A program made the position numbers and the translations under genes. The notes beneath the pieces are model-generated. The model worked only from the letters and a program-made list of their open reading frames with translations. It was not told where the DNA came from and did no database searches. A DNA stretch of 64,000 bases from a virus. The stretch's first letter is position 1, and each line of letters begins with the position of its first letter. This document shows positions 8,653 through 19,309 of this stretch, one piece after another. The stretch is from IMG/VR virus record IMGVR_UViG_3300025015_000003; one strand, given 5' to 3'.

Positions 8653-9567
8653 ATGGCAACCCCAATGCGTTCCAGTGATTTCCGCAGCATCGTTGAACCG
8701 ATCCTAAATGAGGCGTTCGACGGTATTTATGAACAACGTAAGAACGAGTACAAGCAGTTCATGTCTGAAGAGTCGGGTATCCCACGCTCTTATCAGGAAG
8801 AAGTCATGCTGTACGGTATGGGTGCTGCGCCTGAGATCGGTGATGGTCAAGCCGTTACCTATCAGTCTGCTGGCGAACTGTACAAGGTTCGTTACACCTA
8901 CAAGGTCTATGGTCTGGCTTACGCTTTGACCAAGATCCTGGTTGAAGACGGTGACCATATCCGTATGGGCAATATCATGTCTCGCCACTTGGCTCAGTCG
9001 ATGACTGAAACCAAGGAAACGATCATGGCGAATCACCTGAATCGTGCCTTCAACAGCTCGTACAAAGGCGGTGATGCAGTCGAACTGATCTCCAACGCTC
9101 ACCCGGTGATCGGCGGTACTCAGTCCAATCTGTTGATTACCTCTGCTGTCCTGTCGCAAACCTCTCTGGAACAGATGTTAATCCAGATTCGTAACGCCAA
9201 GGACAGCAACGGAAAGAACATCCGCCTGATGCCGCAGAAATTGATCGTTAGTCCGTCCAACGTGTTCCAGGCCGAGGTTATCCTCAAGTCTGTGCTGCGT
9301 TCGGGCACCGCTAACAACGACATCAACGCCATCAAGTCCATGGGTATGCTGTCCGGTGAAACTGCTGTTGTGAGTCGTATGACTTCAAACACCGCGTGGT
9401 TCGTCGAGACCGATGCCCCGAATGGCCTGAAGGTGCTGACTCGTCGCCGCCTCGAGCGTTCTATGGAAGGTGATTTTGAGACTGACAGTGTTCGCTACAA
9501 AGCTACCGAGCGTTACGGCTCCGGTTGGACTGACTGGCGTAAACTGTTCGGAACTCCCGGCGTTTAA
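8653..9567 (+). CDS. putative major capsid protein
   Basis: Strong AAGGAG SD, 304 aa, follows the scaffold gene. Weak by-eye resemblance to T7-like gp10 around LIVSPSNVFQAEVILKSVL and the C-terminal region. Confidence 0.45.
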   Translation: MATPMRSSDFRSIVEPILNEAFDGIYEQRKNEYKQFMSEESGIPRSYQEEVMLYGMGAAPEIGDGQAVTYQSAGELYKVRYTYKVYGLAYALTKILVEDGDHIRMGNIMSRHLAQSMTETKETIMANHLNRAFNSSYKGGDAVELISNAHPVIGGTQSNLLITSAVLSQTSLEQMLIQIRNAKDSNGKNIRLMPQKLIVSPSNVFQAEVILKSVLRSGTANNDINAIKSMGMLSGETAVVSRMTSNTAWFVETDAPNGLKVLTRRRLERSMEGDFETDSVRYKATERYGSGWTDWRKLFGTPGV

Positions 9568-9587
9568 TCTACGTTCTTCGCCGGTCA

Positions 9588-10379
9588 TTGACCGGCGAAC
9601 TTACAAAGGAGTTTCAAATGAGTCTCGTTACCAGTTTTCAAAACGGCATTTCTAATGTCAGCGAGACCCATCCTCTTTACGAGATGGGTCAACTTTCTCC
9701 AATCAAGTTCATCACTGTCTTCGATGACTTCATTTATCCCGCTTCTGCAACGGCTTCCGATGTTCAAGCGTGGACTGCGACCAATGACGGTGGTACAGGT
9801 ACTCCGGTATTCAATGCTGATGCCGTTGGTGGTGTTGCCAATGTCGTAACTGCTGCTGCTGACAATGACTACTCGGCTTATGCCAGTGCGAATGAGATTT
9901 TCAAGTTCACTGCTGGTAAGAAGTTGTGGCTGGAAGCTCGTGTCAAGGTTGCAGAAGCAACGACCAATGAGTCGACTTGGTGGGTCGGTCTTACCGACAC
10001 ATTGACGACAGGTGGTGTTCAAGCGAACGCACTTGGCCCTCTGGCCTCGTATGATGGCGCGTTGTTCTGGAAAACTCCTGAAACCGCAATGACGTTGAAT
10101 TTCGAAACGTCGAATGCAGGTACTCAGAACACGCTTGCCACCTTCGCTACTTCTGTCACCGACACTTGGACTAAAGTCGCATTCTACTTTGATGGTGTGG
10201 ACAAGGTTTATCCGTTTGCGGCTGTCAACAGTAGCGATGAGTGGACGTCCTACACCGGGCAATCTCTGACCGTTACTGGTCTTGAAGAAATGCACGTTGT
10301 TTTCGGTATCAAAGCTGGACCAACGGCGGCAGCTGAAACGCTACAAATCGACTACATCTTCGTCGCACAAGAGCGTTGA
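9588..10379 (+). CDS. hypothetical structural protein
   Basis: AAGGAG SD, 263 aa. Confidence 0.4.
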   Translation: MTGELTKEFQMSLVTSFQNGISNVSETHPLYEMGQLSPIKFITVFDDFIYPASATASDVQAWTATNDGGTGTPVFNADAVGGVANVVTAAADNDYSAYASANEIFKFTAGKKLWLEARVKVAEATTNESTWWVGLTDTLTTGGVQANALGPLASYDGALFWKTPETAMTLNFETSNAGTQNTLATFATSVTDTWTKVAFYFDGVDKVYPFAAVNSSDEWTSYTGQSLTVTGLEEMHVVFGIKAGPTAAAETLQIDYIFVAQER

Positions 10380-10424
10380 TCAAACTCTCCCGCTTCGGCG
10401 GGAGAATCAGTTTAGGAGTAGGAA

Positions 10425-10703
10425 ATGCAAGTAACCACACATTCCGGTCGAAAGTTCATGTCTGGGACACTAGCAGGCACGTCACTTGTTGTACCTATGG
10501 ACGGAGCACCACTCCCTGCGACTATAACTTTGAAATCTGCAGACGCTGGTCGTAAGATCGAATTGAGCACCGACGACGGTGTTGAATATTTTCAACCTGT
10601 TTACGACGTCAACAGTGCAACAATGCTTGTGGTCAGTATTTCTGCACCTATTTCTCATGTCAAATTCACCGCTGCAATCACCGATACTTGGAGCGTGCGA
10701 TGA
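10425..10703 (+). CDS. hypothetical small virion protein
   Basis: AGGAG SD, 92 aa. Confidence 0.4.
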   Translation: MQVTTHSGRKFMSGTLAGTSLVVPMDGAPLPATITLKSADAGRKIELSTDDGVEYFQPVYDVNSATMLVVSISAPISHVKFTAAITDTWSVR

Positions 10704-12277
10704 GTTGGCCGCATGAAGTAAGTTTCGCCTACGACGCCAGCGGTAACGTCATAGGGCTGAAGGGATCGGACGGCGAAACCAACACAGCTATCATTCCGCG
10801 CCGCCCGTTGCTGGTCACGCTCGGCGATTCGATGTTCACCTACGACTACAACACCACGAACATAACGAGCTACTCCTACGACAGTGCAACCGGTCTGGTA
10901 ACTGCCGTTTTTGCCAGCGACCCAAGCATCCGCGCGGGAGACACCATCATTATACAATCCGTTACCGATAACATATCCGGCTATGAGGGTGAGGTTGAAG
11001 TACTGAGCTACACCACATCGCCCGCGATCCAGATCACATACACGCCGCTGACCGTGCCGGCTGCTGCAACTGCAACAGGTGGCACCGCTGTGCTTCCGTG
11101 GCAGACGCGCTGCAATGGTCCGGTAGCCAATGCGCGCATGATGAGCAATTGCGCGTTTGAATTTGTCAACCGAAGTCAGGGCGGGGACACGGGCGCATGT
11201 ATCATTGAGCGACTAAACCGCGATCTGGACGATATCAGTCCGACGCATGTGCTCCTGTGCTACGGCACCAATGATGTCTATGGCTCCGCGCTGACTGTCG
11301 CCGACATGCTCGATACACTCGCAGCGATCCACGCCTATGTTCGCTCGCGTGGCGCGAAAATGGGGTTTTTGACCGCGCCGCCGCAATCGTCCAGTCGATC
11401 CGGGTGGAGCGCATCGACGCTGGCAATAGCTATGGATTGGCGGCGCGCTGCGGCGGAATACTGCCGTGCGAACAGCCTCGCATTTATCGACTGGTGGAGT
11501 GCGGTATGCGGCTCTGCAACGGTCGTCAACGCCTCCGACGCCAACGGAAACCCATCCAGCGGCATGATGTCAACAGATGGCATCCATGCAGCCAACTGCG
11601 CGGCAATCGCCGCCGGAAAAAAGATTGCGGAATGGATCGCAAAAGACTCTGGCTTGTGGCAACCGCCTCTGGCAATCTCGGCAGCGGAAACCGCCAACCT
11701 GCTCTCCGGGCTGTTCACCGGAACGGGTGGCAGCACAGTTGGTGTGGGATCGACGTTTACCGGAGATTCCGTGCCGGACGGGTGGAAAATCCAGGTATCC
11801 ACCGGAACGGCAACAGTGGATGTGTCCGTGGATGCGCGCACCGTCGCCACCGATGGCGACAACATCGGCAACAACTTCACCGTTGCGATTTCTGCTGCGT
11901 CGTCGGGGGCCGAGGTCCGAATCGAGCGCAGTACATCGGCGCACGCCAGTTTTGCAGCGGGCGACGAGGCGGATATCTACATGCCGTTTGCCCTCTCGGG
12001 ATGCACCGATATCAAGGGCTACAATTTCCGCTGCGGTAACACCTCCAACAATGGCAGCGCCCATAACCGCATCGGGTATGACTTGGCGTACATCGCCGCA
12101 GCCGGCGGAAACATCCCTGAAACCGTAACGGGTACGCTATCACACGACCTCAAAATAAGGGATAGCTATGGAGCGCCAACCGACGTAACGCCGAGTGTGC
12201 GGCTGTTTTTTGGCACCAGCGGATCAGGGGCGGCAACGCTGAAACTGTGGCGCGCGGCGATGCGGAAGGCAGGATAA
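10688..12277 (+). CDS. virion protein with SGNH/GDSL hydrolase (esterase) domain
   Basis: GDSL block I LVTLGDSMF, block III CYGTNDVYG, block V STDGIH (DxxH). The catalytic half is markedly GC-rich. All overlapping ORFs on both strands in 11.2-12.1 kb are GC artefacts. Confidence 0.6.
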   Translation: MERAMSWPHEVSFAYDASGNVIGLKGSDGETNTAIIPRRPLLVTLGDSMFTYDYNTTNITSYSYDSATGLVTAVFASDPSIRAGDTIIIQSVTDNISGYEGEVEVLSYTTSPAIQITYTPLTVPAAATATGGTAVLPWQTRCNGPVANARMMSNCAFEFVNRSQGGDTGACIIERLNRDLDDISPTHVLLCYGTNDVYGSALTVADMLDTLAAIHAYVRSRGAKMGFLTAPPQSSSRSGWSASTLAIAMDWRRAAAEYCRANSLAFIDWWSAVCGSATVVNASDANGNPSSGMMSTDGIHAANCAAIAAGKKIAEWIAKDSGLWQPPLAISAAETANLLSGLFTGTGGSTVGVGSTFTGDSVPDGWKIQVSTGTATVDVSVDARTVATDGDNIGNNFTVAISAASSGAEVRIERSTSAHASFAAGDEADIYMPFALSGCTDIKGYNFRCGNTSNNGSAHNRIGYDLAYIAAAGGNIPETVTGTLSHDLKIRDSYGAPTDVTPSVRLFFGTSGSGAATLKLWRAAMRKAG

Positions 12278-12340
12278 CTTATGATCTCCACCGGCAAACT
12301 GCAACAACCTGTATCGGTGCGATTTATTTAAGGAACAGTT

Positions 12341-13252
12341 ATGGATCCAGATGAAGGTTTAACTGAGCTAGAGAATCAACAAGGTGTTGACTTAGAATTG
12401 CAGCAGTTCTTGCAGCAGATGCAGGCACAACAACGTCCTCCACAGGTAACGCCTCAGCAGATGCAAGGTGGGTTAGGACAGGTGACGCAACGTCAGCAAA
12501 TGATACCTCCTCAAACGCGGCAACGTCAACAACCGAACCCTCAGCAGATGCAACAGCAAATGTTGAAGATGAATACGGTTCCTTATGAAGTTCGTCGCGG
12601 CGACAGCTTCACTAAGATCGCTCGTGAAAATAACATCGATGTCCAGACGCTGATCAAATTGAATCCTGAGATCAAGAATCCTGATCGTATATTCCCTGGA
12701 CAGGAAGTTCGTCTTCCGATGCCTCGTGAAATAATGAACATGGATCAACGGACTTCTCAGGAAATTCCTTCGCAGATGATGCAGCGATTTGGCGCACCTG
12801 AAGCAGATCCTTCACGTTATTCGCATCAAGCGTTTGAACCTAACGGTGAGGAGATGTTGCGGCAAGGTTTAATGGGTATGGGTGCGGGTTTATTGCCAAT
12901 GGCAGCAGCGGCAGGACCGGCAGCAGGCGGCGCGATGTTGGGTGGCCTTACTAGGGCCATGCCTAATATGCTCAACCCAGCTGGTAGAGTCGCGATGCCC
13001 ACTAGCAAAGGTGTTGTGAATTGGGCAGGAGCGAGACCTGCGATGGGAAATGTCCGCCCGCTTGAAGGTGGTCTTGGTGCGATGCAAGCAACGGCTCGTG
13101 GAATGATGAATCAGCAAGCGCAGCGTCCTAATATTGGTCCGCGTGGGATGAGCGGCATTCCGTTCAACGCAGGCCGTCCAATGATGCCGCAAGGTGCTCA
13201 GCCCCCTGTTGGTGGTTTGACACTTGAACAACTGCTGGCGAGTACGCGATAA
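12341..13252 (+). CDS. LysM domain protein
   Basis: LysM motif YEVRRGDSFTKIARENNIDVQTLIKLNPEI...GQEVRLP. Flanked by Q/P/M-rich low-complexity regions. Confidence 0.6.
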   Translation: MDPDEGLTELENQQGVDLELQQFLQQMQAQQRPPQVTPQQMQGGLGQVTQRQQMIPPQTRQRQQPNPQQMQQQMLKMNTVPYEVRRGDSFTKIARENNIDVQTLIKLNPEIKNPDRIFPGQEVRLPMPREIMNMDQRTSQEIPSQMMQRFGAPEADPSRYSHQAFEPNGEEMLRQGLMGMGAGLLPMAAAAGPAAGGAMLGGLTRAMPNMLNPAGRVAMPTSKGVVNWAGARPAMGNVRPLEGGLGAMQATARGMMNQQAQRPNIGPRGMSGIPFNAGRPMMPQGAQPPVGGLTLEQLLASTR

Positions 13253-13932
13253 TGACTGTCGGACTGACTACGGTTTCAACGGCTCGCATTATTGAACATG
13301 CTTTCCGTAGAGCAGGTATCGGTGTTGAAAAACAAACTCCAGACACTATCCAACTCGCACGAGACAGTCTGTTCTTCGTATTCGCAAGTTACAGTAATCG
13401 CGGTCTTCCATTATGGTGTGTTGAAGAAGTTAGCATTTCGATTGTAGCGGGTACAAAAGAATACACTTGCCCTGCCGGAACGGTTGATGTTTTGATGGTC
13501 AATTTGCGATCTGTCGTAGGCGCGACCTACACTGATCGTCCGATTACGCGCATGAGCCGTGATCAATACTTCTTATTACCGAACAAAGAAACGTCTGGAA
13601 ACCCTGTTCAATATTGGTACGATCGTCAACTTGAACCGACTTTGACCCTTTGGCCTGTTCCAACCGATGCGACGCAAACCTTGCGCGTCGTACGTCAACG
13701 CCAGATTGGTGATGTAGGTGCATTGACTGAACAACTTGACATTCCGGTTCGTTGGGTTGAACCAACGATTTGTCAATTGGCGAAACGTATAGTTCTTTCT
13801 TTGCCGGGTTTGGATCCGAATGTCGTTCAGCGAGTGATCCAAATGGCTGCTGAATATCAAATTGAGGTTGAGGCAGAAGACGTTGACAATGCCCCGGTGA
13901 TGTTGCAACCGGACATCGGTGTCTATTCATAA
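13252..13932 (+). CDS. hypothetical virion protein
   Basis: 226 aa, ATGA overlap with the upstream gene. Confidence 0.45.
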   Translation: MTVGLTTVSTARIIEHAFRRAGIGVEKQTPDTIQLARDSLFFVFASYSNRGLPLWCVEEVSISIVAGTKEYTCPAGTVDVLMVNLRSVVGATYTDRPITRMSRDQYFLLPNKETSGNPVQYWYDRQLEPTLTLWPVPTDATQTLRVVRQRQIGDVGALTEQLDIPVRWVEPTICQLAKRIVLSLPGLDPNVVQRVIQMAAEYQIEVEAEDVDNAPVMLQPDIGVYS

Positions 13933-14309
13933 TGCCATTATTTCTGCGACCTAGACGAGGTCAATCTTCAGCGGTAGGACTTTGCGACCGCTGTAGATTC
14001 AAGTTTTATTTGACAGATCTTAAACCTGACCGGGACAATCCCGGTTTGCGCGTTTGTAGAAAGTGTAATGACCAAAAGGATCGTTACAAACTTGCCCCGC
14101 GCCAAACTGAAGATATCACGCTTCCTTTTGTACGACCTGAAGCAAATTTAATAATTGATTACCTGTTATCAGAAGACGGTTCGTTAATATTGACGGAAAC
14201 CGAAGAAGGTTTGGAGATAGACACAGGTTCATCTTCATCCGGTGATAGCAGACAATTGTCAAGATCCGATATCGGTGCTGCCGACATCGCAATAGTTGGA
14301 AACATCTGA
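13932..14309 (+). CDS. hypothetical protein with CxxC...CxxC zinc-ribbon-like motif
   Basis: CDRCRF...CRKCND pair in the N-terminal half. 125 aa. Confidence 0.4.
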   Translation: MPLFLRPRRGQSSAVGLCDRCRFKFYLTDLKPDRDNPGLRVCRKCNDQKDRYKLAPRQTEDITLPFVRPEANLIIDYLLSEDGSLILTETEEGLEIDTGSSSSGDSRQLSRSDIGAADIAIVGNI

Positions 14310-14318
14310 GGAACCAAA

Positions 14319-15524
14319 ATGGCCGATACAACCTTCACAAATGGAACGATTATATCTTCAGATTGGTTAAATGACGTCAACACTGTTGTTTACAATGGAA
14401 CACTTTCCAATCTAAATGATGTAACTATTACTACACCTTCAAACGGTCAAATTCTTTCTTATAACGGAACGAAGTGGATCAACTCTGCGAACACAGTTTC
14501 TTCAATCGGGTGGGGTGCGATCACAGATAAACCCACAACACTAGAAGGTTACGGAATAGACACATTCTACGCATTTAACACATCAACAATAACGAGGTTG
14601 ATAGCTAGAGGTACTGGTGATGAAACTAACGTGTCTATGGTCGTCAGACCAAGTGGAACAGGTGGTTTCAGACTTAAAGAAGATACAAGGGTCAGGGGTG
14701 ACTATTCGATTGAACTACAGTTGGTCGGTGAAGGGACTGATTACGCTTCAGGTTCTAACTCAGTCCTGCTCGGTTATAATTCAGAGGCAAGTGGGTCTGG
14801 TTCGAAGGTTTTTGGATACGATTGTACTGCTTCAGGGGTAAGTTCGACTGCTATTGGACATGGATCTACGTCGTCGGGTTTATTTGCAACCGTCGTCGGT
14901 TATCAGTGCACTGCATCGGGCCAACAATCTTTCGCGGCAGGTTCAAACGGGGTGGTGGCTTCCGGTGACCAAGCGATGGCCCTGGGTAACAACTCAACCG
15001 CTTCTGGAGATTACAGCTACGCCATTGGGAACACTTGTACTGCGTCTGGTGCCAATTCTTTTGCAGTAGGTTCTTTTGCAAAATCTCAATACGATAGAAA
15101 ATTGGCGTTCAGTGGTCGCAATCTTGGAACAGCTTCACAACTAGGTGTTACAGTTCTTGCCACAACAACCACTGATGCAACTCCAACGGTTCTGACTAGC
15201 ACTTCTTCGGCTGCTGGAGCGACCAATCAAATAATCGCCCCTGTCAACAGTGTCTATTCTTTTAGAATACTTGTGGCAGCACGTCGTTCAGATACGACAG
15301 CAGATGGTGCGGGTTACGAATTCGTAGGTGTAACTTTGACAGATACAACTGTTTCTTTCATCGGTACACCTACGAAGACTGTACTTGGCGAAACAGATTC
15401 TTCTTGGGATTGCGATGTGGGTCTTGATACTGTAAACAACGCTATCAAGATTACCGTCACCGGCGCTTCCGGTAAGACAATTCAATGGGTCGCTACGGCG
15501 TTCTGTGTTGAAAGTGCTATTTAA
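14319..15524 (+). CDS. tail fibre-like protein
   Basis: Central run of short repeats (NSxASG, TCTASG, GxxSxAxG) of the kind found in phage fibres and trimeric beta-structures. N-terminal conserved virion-attachment-like region. Confidence 0.5.
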   Translation: MADTTFTNGTIISSDWLNDVNTVVYNGTLSNLNDVTITTPSNGQILSYNGTKWINSANTVSSIGWGAITDKPTTLEGYGIDTFYAFNTSTITRLIARGTGDETNVSMVVRPSGTGGFRLKEDTRVRGDYSIELQLVGEGTDYASGSNSVLLGYNSEASGSGSKVFGYDCTASGVSSTAIGHGSTSSGLFATVVGYQCTASGQQSFAAGSNGVVASGDQAMALGNNSTASGDYSYAIGNTCTASGANSFAVGSFAKSQYDRKLAFSGRNLGTASQLGVTVLATTTTDATPTVLTSTSSAAGATNQIIAPVNSVYSFRILVAARRSDTTADGAGYEFVGVTLTDTTVSFIGTPTKTVLGETDSSWDCDVGLDTVNNAIKITVTGASGKTIQWVATAFCVESAI

Positions 15525-15535
15525 TCGAGAAAACT

Positions 15536-16231
15536 ATGCCTAAGATATCAGAACTAACTTCCGCAGGAACGTTAACAGGAACTGAAGTTTTACCGATTGT
15601 CCAGAGTTCTTCAACTGTTAAGGTGACGATTGACGCTGTTGTTGCATTCGTTTCCGCTGAAGCAGGTGGTGAACCCACTATTTCAAAGTCAACAGGTTAT
15701 TTGACCTGGAACGGTTCCGCTTGGGTATGGAAGAATGAGACCTATGCCCTGTCCAGTGATCTGGCTGCAAAAGCCAATCTTGCTTCACCAACTTTTACCG
15801 GAACGGTAGCAGGTATTACGAAAAGTATGGTTGGCCTTGGTAATTGCGACGATACTAGCGACGCCAGCAAGCCTATCAGTACCGCGCAACAAACCGCGCT
15901 CGACCTGAAAGCAAATGCACTGTTAACCATTAACGACCAGACTGGAACATCCTATACGTTGGTTCTGGCTGACGCGCTGAAGTACATCCGCATGAACAAT
16001 GCCTCGGCCAGCACGTTGACTGTGCCGCCGAACGCCGATGTGGCGATTGCCGTCGGTTCGACGTGCCATGTTCGCCAAGTTGGTGCGGGGCAGGTGACAC
16101 TGGTTGCCGGAACGGGCGTAACCATCAACACGCCGGAGACGTTGAAGCTTCGCAAGGCTGGTGCAATTATTTCGCTGACAAAAGTGGCGACCAATGAATG
16201 GGACGTTTACGGCGATCTGGAGGCCGCATGA
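15536..16231 (+). CDS. tail fibre/structural protein
   Basis: 231 aa, T/A/S/G-rich. Adjacent to the fibre gene. Confidence 0.4.
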   Translation: MPKISELTSAGTLTGTEVLPIVQSSSTVKVTIDAVVAFVSAEAGGEPTISKSTGYLTWNGSAWVWKNETYALSSDLAAKANLASPTFTGTVAGITKSMVGLGNCDDTSDASKPISTAQQTALDLKANALLTINDQTGTSYTLVLADALKYIRMNNASASTLTVPPNADVAIAVGSTCHVRQVGAGQVTLVAGTGVTINTPETLKLRKAGAIISLTKVATNEWDVYGDLEAA

Positions 16232-16923
16232 TTATTCCCGGCGTAGTCGCGGCGTTTCGGCAGGCGATAGCGGCGGCTTGCGACCTCTACTGGGATCAGG
16301 TTGTGCTGGTTATGCACATGGATGCAGATTTCTCCGATGAGAAAGGGCACACGCCAACCATCTATGGTAGTTCTTCTATTTCTGCAACTAATCAGTTCGG
16401 TGGTGGTTCGGGCTATTTCGATGGAAGTTCGTTCGGGTCAGTAAATTTCACATCTACTGATTTTCAAATCACCGGCGACTTCGCAATTGATTTCTGGGTA
16501 AAGTTAGACGCAGCACTAGTCAACACGACTTGCGTGCTGGTGGCACTTCATTATCCAAGCAGTACATCAGCTCTTTTCAGTATTAGTGCTACTGTCGGCG
16601 TGACGCCTGACAGCTACGTGCTTGGGTGTGATATCTGTTCTGCCCCGGCAAGGTCGTATTCGACGTTCACACATGTCCTGCTATCCAGATCAGGGGTGAC
16701 TACAAGACTATTTTTGGATGGCGCCCTTGCGGCCTCTACTACAAGTTCCATTTCGCTGCCTATAGACACGACAATGCTGTCTATAGGCAGTTTTAGATCA
16801 ACTTCATATAGCGGCTCTTACACCAAAGGTTACATAGACGACCTCCGCATTACCAATGCCGTAGCCCGCTACACAACCGACTTCACGCCGCCCACTGCGC
16901 CATTTCCTGACGTAGCCTGCTAA
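16228..16923 (+). CDS. hypothetical tail protein
   Basis: ATG 16228 follows a GGAGG SD and overlaps the upstream stop. The ORF track extends it to 16198. Confidence 0.4.
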   Translation: MIIPGVVAAFRQAIAAACDLYWDQVVLVMHMDADFSDEKGHTPTIYGSSSISATNQFGGGSGYFDGSSFGSVNFTSTDFQITGDFAIDFWVKLDAALVNTTCVLVALHYPSSTSALFSISATVGVTPDSYVLGCDICSAPARSYSTFTHVLLSRSGVTTRLFLDGALAASTTSSISLPIDTTMLSIGSFRSTSYSGSYTKGYIDDLRITNAVARYTTDFTPPTAPFPDVAC

Positions 16924-16976
16924 GGACTCCACATGAGCTACGGACCTCCATGCTATTGTGAACAGGGGATTAAATC

Positions 16977-17603
16977 ATGACAGAAGCACTAACCTATACT
17001 TCTTTAATTTCTGATATTCAAAACTATGCCGAGCGTAGTGACGAACCATTTGTAACGCAAATTCCTCGTCTCATCATGTTGGCTGAGAATCGCATTGCGA
17101 CCGAAGTCAAAGGTCTTGGTTACGTTCGACCTGTAATCTTCTCAACTACCATTGGTGACTACATTTACGAGAAACCTGCCCGCTGGCGTGAGACGCTTTC
17201 ATTGTCAATTTTGACTTCAACAGGTCGTAAGTATTTGTATCCAAGGACTTACGAATACTGTCGCATGTATTGGCCCAATAATGACGTTACGGCAGAACCC
17301 GAGTTCTATGCCGACTATGACTATGAGCATTTCCTCATGGTTGCAGCACCGAATGCGGTTTATTCTTGCGAACTTCTGTACCACGAACGCCCTGAACCTC
17401 TGTCGGAAGAGAATCAAACGAATTGGACCACGCGCTATGCGCCGCAACTCATGCTTTATGCTACACTGCTCGAGGCTCAACCGTTTTTGAAACGCGCTGA
17501 AAGGTTGCAGGAGTTCCAAGGACTTTACGACCGAGCGATGGCAGCAATAAAACAAGAGAACACTATGCGTGAATCTGACAGTTCTATGCGGGGTAAGAAA
17601 TGA
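16977..17603 (+). CDS. hypothetical virion protein
   Basis: 208 aa. Confidence 0.45.
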   Translation: MTEALTYTSLISDIQNYAERSDEPFVTQIPRLIMLAENRIATEVKGLGYVRPVIFSTTIGDYIYEKPARWRETLSLSILTSTGRKYLYPRTYEYCRMYWPNNDVTAEPEFYADYDYEHFLMVAAPNAVYSCELLYHERPEPLSEENQTNWTTRYAPQLMLYATLLEAQPFLKRAERLQEFQGLYDRAMAAIKQENTMRESDSSMRGKK

Positions 17604-19306
17604 ACTACATTGACGTCTTTGGTAACAACTCCGTCCCTCCGTCACAACAGTCATATTCCGCATACTCGCTGACATCCGATGTTTCATCACATTGGCCCGA
17701 CAATTACAGCGGCACAGGTCTTGTTTTAACTGATATTCTTGAAGTTACCCCGACAGGGGCATATTCGATAACAATGCCTTCGGCTGCTGAGGTGTCAAAC
17801 GGTCGCGATATCATGATTCGCAACCTTGGTGCAAGTGCGATAACAGTTCTCAAGAACGATGCGTCTTCATTGACAACTGTCGCGGCAGGTCAAGCGGTAT
17901 TGATTTATGTTACCAATAATTCAACTTCCGCCGGAACGTGGGGGCAGTTCATTTATGGGACAGGCACTTCTTCTGCTGACGCAGCTTCTCTCGTTGGTAA
18001 TGGTATCAAAGCTGTAGGGACTACGTTAAATCAATCACATCCGATCACTGCGATCAATTCTAATTACACGATCTTAACCACAGACCGTTCTAAATTGGTT
18101 CTATTCACCGGTGGTATTTCAGAAGTTACCCTCCCTACCGCTGCCACCGTTGGTGAAGACTTCTTCTTTCTGTTGAGAAACAGTGGGACAGGTAATCTCA
18201 CTATAAATCCAAACGGTTCAGAAACGATTGACGACCTGATTACATTCAATTTGAATCCTGGTGAATCAACCATTATCTGTGCATCTGGTACAGAATGGTT
18301 TACTGTCGGTTACGGTCGTTCAACCTCATTTAATTTCACACAGTTGACAAAGGACGTTTCCGCAGGTGGTACGATCACATTGACCACCGCGGAAGCATCT
18401 AACAAACTGTTGACCTTCACCGGTACTCCTGAAGCAGGAGTCAATATTGTAGTCCCTTCATCTGTTCAGGTTTACTATGTCTATAACAAACTGTCTACTG
18501 CTCAAAACATCGTAATCAAAACTGCAGCAGGTTCAGGGGCAACGATTCCTCAAACATCTCGTATAATCGTTTATTGTGATTCTGTGAATGTCGTCAGTGC
18601 TCAAAGCGTTGCTGCTACAAGCGCGATTTCATTTGAAGATGGTAATGCGACAGGTCCGTCGATTAATTTTGCAACAAAGACTAATTCAGGTCTTTATAAA
18701 TCAGGTTCACAAGATGTCGGTATATCGGTAAATGGTTCTTCTGTTGGAGTATTTACTTCGGCAGGTTTGACAACTGCTGCGAGCGGTAATCTTACTTCTA
18801 CTAATTTGAACGCCGCACTTGCAGAACTTCAAACTGACATCGACACTCGTCAAGTCACTGATGCAGAATTGACAGCGATTGCAGGATTAACTTCAGCCGC
18901 CAATAAGGTCCCTTATTTTACTGGATCGGGTACTGCCGCGCTTGCAGATTTTACTGCTGCAGGACGAGCGTTAGTTGACGATGCTGATGTTGCTGCTCAA
19001 CGGGCGACTCTCGGTGTAGCTATTGCGACGATTTACGCATCTGTAGCGGCAGACGGAACGTTGTTAAGAAGCAACGGTATATCTTCTGTAACAAAGATAG
19101 GACCTGGGCAATATGAAGTCAATTTGACAACCAACGCAACTAATGCAAACTATGCGGCGATTGTAAGTATACAAAGATACAGTTCTGCAGGTCAGTATGG
19201 ATCAGGTTGGGTAGACTCTAAGACGATTTCCAAACTAACTATTAAGATCGCAGCTGGTGAAGTCTATGCAGATTGGCCGTTTTCAGTTATTATTGCCGGA
19301 ACCTAA
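17600..19306 (+). CDS. tail fibre protein
   Basis: 568 aa. C-terminal region with phage tail-fibre-repeat-like sequence (...SGTAALADFTAAGRALVDDADVAAQRATLG...). S/T/G/A/N-rich. Confidence 0.5.
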   Translation: MNYIDVFGNNSVPPSQQSYSAYSLTSDVSSHWPDNYSGTGLVLTDILEVTPTGAYSITMPSAAEVSNGRDIMIRNLGASAITVLKNDASSLTTVAAGQAVLIYVTNNSTSAGTWGQFIYGTGTSSADAASLVGNGIKAVGTTLNQSHPITAINSNYTILTTDRSKLVLFTGGISEVTLPTAATVGEDFFFLLRNSGTGNLTINPNGSETIDDLITFNLNPGESTIICASGTEWFTVGYGRSTSFNFTQLTKDVSAGGTITLTTAEASNKLLTFTGTPEAGVNIVVPSSVQVYYVYNKLSTAQNIVIKTAAGSGATIPQTSRIIVYCDSVNVVSAQSVAATSAISFEDGNATGPSINFATKTNSGLYKSGSQDVGISVNGSSVGVFTSAGLTTAASGNLTSTNLNAALAELQTDIDTRQVTDAELTAIAGLTSAANKVPYFTGSGTAALADFTAAGRALVDDADVAAQRATLGVAIATIYASVAADGTLLRSNGISSVTKIGPGQYEVNLTTNATNANYAAIVSIQRYSSAGQYGSGWVDSKTISKLTIKIAAGEVYADWPFSVIIAGT

Positions 19307-19309
19307 CTA

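Noticed and set aside
11235-12128. Multiple 160-210 aa ORFs on both strands overlapping the SGNH hydrolase gene
   Set aside because: Their products are Arg/Cys/Gly-rich junk. The GC-rich sequence suppresses stop codons in all frames. The SGNH frame carries the real motifs.
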